A stretch of 64,000 nucleotides of DNA from Nitrosopumilus sp. GTDB lineage: Archaea > Thermoproteota > Nitrososphaeria > Nitrososphaerales > Nitrosopumilaceae. Position 1 is the stretch's first letter. Every line of letters starts with the position of its first letter. A program made the position numbers and the translations under genes. A model generated the notes under the pieces. It saw only the letters and a program-made list of their open reading frames with translations. It searched no databases and was not told the origin of the DNA. This document shows, piece after piece, positions 58,874 through 64,000 of the stretch. The stretch lies in NCBI GenBank assembly GCA_965218695.1, contig OZ244651.1:32001-96000 (forward strand), given 5' to 3'.

Positions 58874-61800
58874 CTATATGGCGCATCTGTGCTTGGATCC
58901 CTTTGAGACTGACGTGGGGAATTTGCCTGGACCCGTCATGTCTGCCAGTGCCATTGCCTGACCCTGATCGGCTTCGTATCCTGATGGTGTATCCATCACT
59001 GTCAGCACGTCTGCCGGATCTCTTAATACATATGGCTTCTTCCTGCCGCCACTGTGCAGATACAGATAACAGTTTTCCTGGAGTGTCTTTGTTCGGAGCC
59101 ACTCGTTGGGAGTAAAGACTACAGGTCCGGTCGTGCTTACCGGCTTTGCCAGGATGTACCGGGTGGATCCGTTGGGGTCTATCGATCTGACATCAAAACC
59201 GTAGCCCTCCCCTGATACGAGCTCGGGCTTTCTGCCGTGGCTACGCTCAAACTTGATCAGGGAATCAAGCGCCTGACGTTTGAGGCGTGCAGCATCCTCA
59301 GATCCGGGCAACACACGGGCGATTCCCATCACCGATGTCCTGCCGATGCTCAGATTCCCATCCATCCTTGCCTGCATGGCCATGTCCCTTCTGGCAGTCC
59401 TGTATCTTCTGCGGCTCTCCCTCTTGTTTCTGATGGCCAGATCCACCTTGGCACCCCTTCGTTTCTTTGCAAGCAGTACCATGATGTCGTCCCTTATCAT
59501 GTCCATGTGGGTGTCTAGCGACTTCATTCCGTACCTTTGCACTATCATTGCATGTCTGTCACGCTCTCCGGAGAGGGTGCCTGCGTAATCTGCCATCATC
59601 TCGGCGGATTTGACAACTGCCATCTTCCTGACCCTGTCATGATCTTCTCCGGGATCGTAGGCTGTAGGGTGCATGACAAGATCCAGCATTACTGACGGGG
59701 AGACGGCTCTAATGCTGCCTGCCCTGTCCACAAAACAGGCAAGCATCTGCCTGCCTGCCAGTCTTCCGGTTCCGTCAGTCACACTGCCTTCACAAAACAC
59801 CAGATGGCCATCCATCATGCCTGTCGGATCCACAAACACGGATCCGCCCAGTGCGGCATCTGTGTATTCCTGCTCTGCCCAGTCCAGCACTGCATCAAAT
59901 ACGGGATGCCCAAAGGTAATCAGTTCGATGCCGGGTTCTGCCATTCGAACCTTCTTGTCAAATGTGACTGTCTCATACGAAGGCAATATCTGCCTGCCGT
60001 GTTTTGTCCTTGCCAGTCCGAGTATACCGCCTGGCAGTTGAATGGATGCCAGATCGCCATTTCCGTCAATCCGGCCCCCGGCAGTCTCCAATATCTTCCC
60101 AAACAGATACCTGGTGTATTCTGGCACCATCTGCCTCTCCAGTGCCTTCTCGCGTATCCCCCTTAGTTTGGTATGGTCGATGTATTTGGTGGCCAGACCA
60201 TCTTTCATGTAGTCGATTACACGTTCATTGTCTACTGCAACCGAGTCACTCAACTCCGAGATTATCTCTGACTGTTTTCTTGCACGGACTGTCGCATCCA
60301 GCAGCATCTGCGAGAGACTCTTTCCCTGAACAACCTCGCTTATGACATCAAAGATCTTGTCGCTTCCCATGGCATTCTTTATCTCTTCGAGTTTTTCAAA
60401 GAGCACCTGCATTATCTCCCCCTCCCGGGTATCTGCTGCCACCAGATTGAATACTGACACTGGAAACCTCTGGCCGTACCTGTGTATCCTGCCCATTCTC
60501 TGCTCAAGCCTGTTGGGATTCCAGGGAAGATCATAATTTATCATCAGATGGCAGAACTGGAGATTGATTCCCTCGCCTGCAGCCTCTGTTGCAACCATTA
60601 CACGGGTCCTGTCACGGAAGACGGTCTCGGCGTCCTTTCTTTCACCGGCCGGCATGGCGCCGTGTATGGTGTTTACCGAGTAGCCCCATGCCTGTATGTT
60701 CCTTACCAGATAGTTCAATGTGTCCTTGGACTCGGTAAATACCAGTATCTTCTTTTCGGGATGGTGTCTGTCCATCTCTTTCATGGTTGACTTTAGCTGG
60801 TTCAGTTTTGCCTCGTGCCCGTTGTCGATGATCTTTTTGGCCATTGTTATCAGACTGTCCAGAATCTGAATCTCCGTGCCAAGCTCCTTCTTGTTTTTGG
60901 CCATGCTGATCAACTCCCATCTTTTCTCCTCGTCCCACTGCTCCTTCTCTGTCATTCCTTCTGTATAGCCGTATGAGCCTGCCTGTGCCTGTCTTATGGC
61001 GTCTTTTCTTCCCGTTCCGCCTTCCATCTGCCTTAGTTTGTTCCTTCTTCTTCTGAGGGATTCCAGCAAGGCAAACGTGCTGGATGCAAACCTGCGCTGG
61101 AGGATTATTAGTGCAAATGTGATGTTGTGACGCTTGACGGATCTGGTGGCCAGGTTGTACTGTTCTGTGATGTATCTTGACATTTCATTGTACAGTTTTT
61201 TTTCAGGGGCCGAGAGTCTTACATCCGGCGTCATTACACTGCGCGGTGCAAACAGCGGCCTGCCATCAAAGTCCACCATGTCCTCCTTGGCACGTCTCAG
61301 AAACAACGGATTGTCCTGATTTTTTATCGACTCCTCCATCATGTCATCTGTGGCAAAAAACCCCGGTTCAAGCAGATCCAAAAGCAAGCGGAAGTTCTGG
61401 GCGTCTCCCTTGTGTGGCGTTGCAGTCAGAAACATGATGTGCCTGCTCATTACAGAGAGTACCTCCCCCAGTCTGTAGCGCCTAGTTTTGGCAGTGCTGC
61501 TGCCATGCAGGTACGCGCTCATCTTGTGTGCCTCGTCTACTATTATCAGGTCAAACCGGGCGCCATTCATTGAGGATATCACGTCATCTTGTTTTGCAAA
61601 ATCGATCGAGGTTATCAGGCTCTCGCCGGCCCAGGTGTCCGCCCTACCGCCGTCTACAAAGCTGCTGCGATCCACTATTGTAAAATTCTCATCAAACTTG
61701 TCCTGAAGCTCCCATCTCCACTGTTCCTTGAGCTGGCCTGGAACCACTACCAGGACACGCCGTATGTCTCCTCTCATCTTCAGCTCCTTGATTATTAGTC

Positions 61801-62164
61801 CTGCCATGATCGTCTTTCCGGCGCCGGGATCATGGGCCAGCATGAACCGTATCCTGGATTTTCCAAGTACGTATTTGTACACTGCCTCTATCTGGTGCGG
61901 CAGAGGATCTACCTTCGAGACACTCACTGCAAGGATTGGATCATACTCGAAGGCATACCTGAACCTTTTGGCCTCCAGTGCCAGGAACGCATGCCATGAA
62001 TTTGTTGACATGACTTTACGGTTGCCAACATGAGCGTCTTTGGAGCCCTTTTCTGTTCTGTTCATTTCCGCATGGCCATGGTATTTCTTACAGATGTTCG
62101 CCGAATTGTCCATTAAAATATAACGCCTGTTGTGATGTGGGCCGGAGACGCGGGACGCATGCAT
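58874..62164 (-). CDS. SNF2-family helicase with a C-terminal DUF3883-like domain
   Basis: PLPHQ, LAHDPGAGKT, VDEAH, LTATPH, ATEAAGEGINLQ, LEQRMGRIHRYGQ; tail GYGFDVRS...TPNEW. True start uncertain. Confidence 0.9.
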   Translation of the reverse strand: MHASRVSGPHHNRRYILMDNSANICKKYHGHAEMNRTEKGSKDAHVGNRKVMSTNSWHAFLALEAKRFRYAFEYDPILAVSVSKVDPLPHQIEAVYKYVLGKSRIRFMLAHDPGAGKTIMAGLIIKELKMRGDIRRVLVVVPGQLKEQWRWELQDKFDENFTIVDRSSFVDGGRADTWAGESLITSIDFAKQDDVISSMNGARFDLIIVDEAHKMSAYLHGSSTAKTRRYRLGEVLSVMSRHIMFLTATPHKGDAQNFRLLLDLLEPGFFATDDMMEESIKNQDNPLFLRRAKEDMVDFDGRPLFAPRSVMTPDVRLSAPEKKLYNEMSRYITEQYNLATRSVKRHNITFALIILQRRFASSTFALLESLRRRRNKLRQMEGGTGRKDAIRQAQAGSYGYTEGMTEKEQWDEEKRWELISMAKNKKELGTEIQILDSLITMAKKIIDNGHEAKLNQLKSTMKEMDRHHPEKKILVFTESKDTLNYLVRNIQAWGYSVNTIHGAMPAGERKDAETVFRDRTRVMVATEAAGEGINLQFCHLMINYDLPWNPNRLEQRMGRIHRYGQRFPVSVFNLVAADTREGEIMQVLFEKLEEIKNAMGSDKIFDVISEVVQGKSLSQMLLDATVRARKQSEIISELSDSVAVDNERVIDYMKDGLATKYIDHTKLRGIREKALERQMVPEYTRYLFGKILETAGGRIDGNGDLASIQLPGGILGLARTKHGRQILPSYETVTFDKKVRMAEPGIELITFGHPVFDAVLDWAEQEYTDAALGGSVFVDPTGMMDGHLVFCEGSVTDGTGRLAGRQMLACFVDRAGSIRAVSPSVMLDLVMHPTAYDPGEDHDRVRKMAVVKSAEMMADYAGTLSGERDRHAMIVQRYGMKSLDTHMDMIRDDIMVLLAKKRRGAKVDLAIRNKRESRRRYRTARRDMAMQARMDGNLSIGRTSVMGIARVLPGSEDAARLKRQALDSLIKFERSHGRKPELVSGEGYGFDVRSIDPNGSTRYILAKPVSTTGPVVFTPNEWLRTKTLQENCYLYLHSGGRKKPYVLRDPADVLTVMDTPSGYEADQGQAMALADMTGPGKFPTSVSKGSKHRCAI

Positions 62165-62211
62165 GTGTGACGACCGTTGCTGAACGGATTCGTACGTGAC
62201 TGCTGTATACG

Positions 62212-63383
62212 AGACATAATCCGTAATTAGAAATTGTACATATTTTCCTATACTGTGTAGGTTTTTTGACTCCTATCAGGTTGCTTCCCGGACTAGGAGA
62301 ACCCTGAGGTTGGCAAATCCGCAGACGATGTCATTGACGGTGTCGTATTTTTTCAGGCGGTTTCGGTAGACACCGCTCATTATGCGAAACCGTTTGACCC
62401 TGCGGATGGCGTGCTCCACATACACCCGTGCCTTTGAGTGCTTTTTGTTGAATTCCTTCTGCTCGGGGGACAATTCTGCGCCTTTTTGCTTCTTGTACGG
62501 CACTACTGCATCCCGGTCAGGAAATTCTTTGTTGATCCCCTGGTATCCGTTGTCCAGGATCTCTCTGACTTTGATCCTTTCCTTGTCCTTGCTCCCGTCC
62601 TTGCGTGGAAGGTTGTCAGGGAATGTCGGGTGTTTCTTTTTGAATACTGCAAAGTCGTGGATCCTGCCCGGGGAATGCCGGGTCTTGTGAATGATGAGGC
62701 CATCTGTGGCCGACGTGTACTGGATCTTGGACGTGTGCCTGTGTGCCTTGCCCGAGTAGTGGGACCGTTCCATGTCCTTGCGTCCGGGACGTTGTATCTG
62801 CTGCTCTGAGGCATCAATCAGGGCAGTCAGGCCCGGAATGATCTCCTCAAGATCGTCAAGCGTCTTGGTGGCCTTGATGTTGGCGTAGATCTTTGACGGA
62901 AGCGGAACGCACTGCCGGATCGACGGCTCCAGTGCCCCCATGCTGCGGGACACGCTAGCCTGGCCCATCTGAAACACCATGGCAAGAAGATCCTGCGTAG
63001 CGTATGTCCTGTAATAAAACAGGACCAGAAGAAACCTGTTTTTCAGATCCAGTTTCCACCTGCGTCCGGCACCAATGCCGCGCACCCTGCTTCTTTTGGC
63101 GAGTCGCTTTTGCTCTGCCTTGGGGTATTTTTTTGCCAGCCGCCCTGCCACCAAATTAAATTCGGAGACTGTCAGTCCAGTGCACCGGATGAACAGTTTG
63201 GGCTTTTTTGCTAATTTGTCGTATAATGACATGCTTTGACATTGGCAATCAGAATAAAACACGGCTGACGTATAGTTTTGATCATCGGGCAAGTTCGAAT
63301 TGACATGCAATTCCATGCAGTCAGCCAGATTTGTCCTGCAATGCGTCCAATCTCGTGATTATGCCCAATTACGGATGATGTCT
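62212..63383 (-). mobile_element. IS5-family (ISL2-like) element
   Basis: 17-bp TIR AGACAT(A/C)ATCCGTAATT; no TSD evident. Confidence 0.85.
62276..63232 (-). CDS. IS5/ISL2 transposase (HTH + DDE_Tnp_4)
   Basis: TGL...EF, GAGR, IDASEQ.IQRP, YSGK..RHT.K, DNGYQG, R..VEHAI.R.K.F. Confidence 0.92.
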   Translation of the reverse strand: MSLYDKLAKKPKLFIRCTGLTVSEFNLVAGRLAKKYPKAEQKRLAKRSRVRGIGAGRRWKLDLKNRFLLVLFYYRTYATQDLLAMVFQMGQASVSRSMGALEPSIRQCVPLPSKIYANIKATKTLDDLEEIIPGLTALIDASEQQIQRPGRKDMERSHYSGKAHRHTSKIQYTSATDGLIIHKTRHSPGRIHDFAVFKKKHPTFPDNLPRKDGSKDKERIKVREILDNGYQGINKEFPDRDAVVPYKKQKGAELSPEQKEFNKKHSKARVYVEHAIRRVKRFRIMSGVYRNRLKKYDTVNDIVCGFANLRVLLVREAT

Positions 63384-63725
63384 AAGGAACAGACGCTCAG
63401 GAAGGATGCTGGGGAATGCAGATGGAACCGTATCATGCTGTTTTCCCTGTAGTTGTTTTCTCTCTATGCCACTTTCCATTGGAATTCATCGGTTGTATGA
63501 TGGATCGGTGATCCGGGACATCTCTGTCACCTGACGATCTTTGGAATTTTGTTGCTTTTTTGACGAGGGTAGACAGACCTCCTGTGGCATGTATCCACCA
63601 ATCCGACATCCGTTAGGCACGAATCACAAATAATCATGCATGTTTTGGAGGTGACATGGACACACATTCGGTGGCTGTAAAAAGTTTTAAATAACTATTT
63701 GATTCAAAACAGGTAGGTAAACGCT

Positions 63726-64000
63726 ATGAATACAAAAGTACTTTTAACAGCAACAGTCCTTTCTGTATTCTTCATCGGCACCATCGGCGCGAATACTGTG
63801 GCATTTGCACAATATCTCGGCAACGTTGGGGACGCAGGAGAGACAGGATCACTAACCTTGGAAGAAGCCCTTGAGCTTCAGGCAGCACGTGTTGCATCTG
63901 CAGCCGACAACCCTGGAGCCGGATCAGGAACACCATATCTTGATGCAAACGGCGTCGTTGGCGCATCAGTCATAGCCGGCGCAGTATTTGGCGGTATTGC
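63726..64000 (+). CDS. Small AOA-type membrane protein, possibly AmoZ-like (runs off the window)
   Basis: MNTKVLL...AFAQY signal peptide, helical TLEEALELQAARV, PGAGSGTPYL, TM GVVGASVIAGAVFGGIA; TTTTAAATA about 35 nt upstream. Confidence refers to the ORF; the AmoZ identity is tentative. Confidence 0.7.
   Translation, partial: MNTKVLLTATVLSVFFIGTIGANTVAFAQYLGNVGDAGETGSLTLEEALELQAARVASAADNPGAGSGTPYLDANGVVGASVIAGAVFGGI

Overview
Chromosomal window from an ammonia-oxidising archaeon (Nitrososphaerota, Nitrosopumilaceae-like gene content: nirK, cupredoxins, TBP, rpoE'/spt4, nurA-herA-mre11-rad50, nadX/nadA/nadC, hppA, cdc48, ribosomal proteins). Core genes look GC-rich and the mobile-element load is heavy, which fits a host-associated (e.g. 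sponge) lineage; that lifestyle is an inference. Mobile DNA delimited by eye from terminal inverted repeats (TIRs) and target-site duplications (TSDs): two apparently identical IS66 copies, an IS6-like element, IS3, IS5/IS903, ISH3, IS5/ISL2, a decayed tnpB and two MITE families. The most interesting signal is an IS6-type network in the first 8.6 kb. It comprises (i) an element with about 83-bp inverted ends, a 9-bp TSD, a SWIM/zinc-ribbon/DDE transposase and a divergent AbrB-like microprotein; (ii) four GGCTCTG-ended MITEs, one sharing an identical 18-bp motif with that element; (iii) two of these MITEs bracketing a host gene inside an 8-bp direct repeat; and (iv) a tnpB remnant that ends in an IS6-type terminus. 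Other notable items: two IS elements stacked just upstream of the nirK TATA box, a Kazal-cupredoxin fusion, a SWIM + SNF2-DUF3883 pair with a degenerate nuclease motif, and a possible AmoZ-like ORF at the right edge. No rRNA, tRNA or CRISPR array was seen. All calls come from reading motifs by eye; no searches were run.
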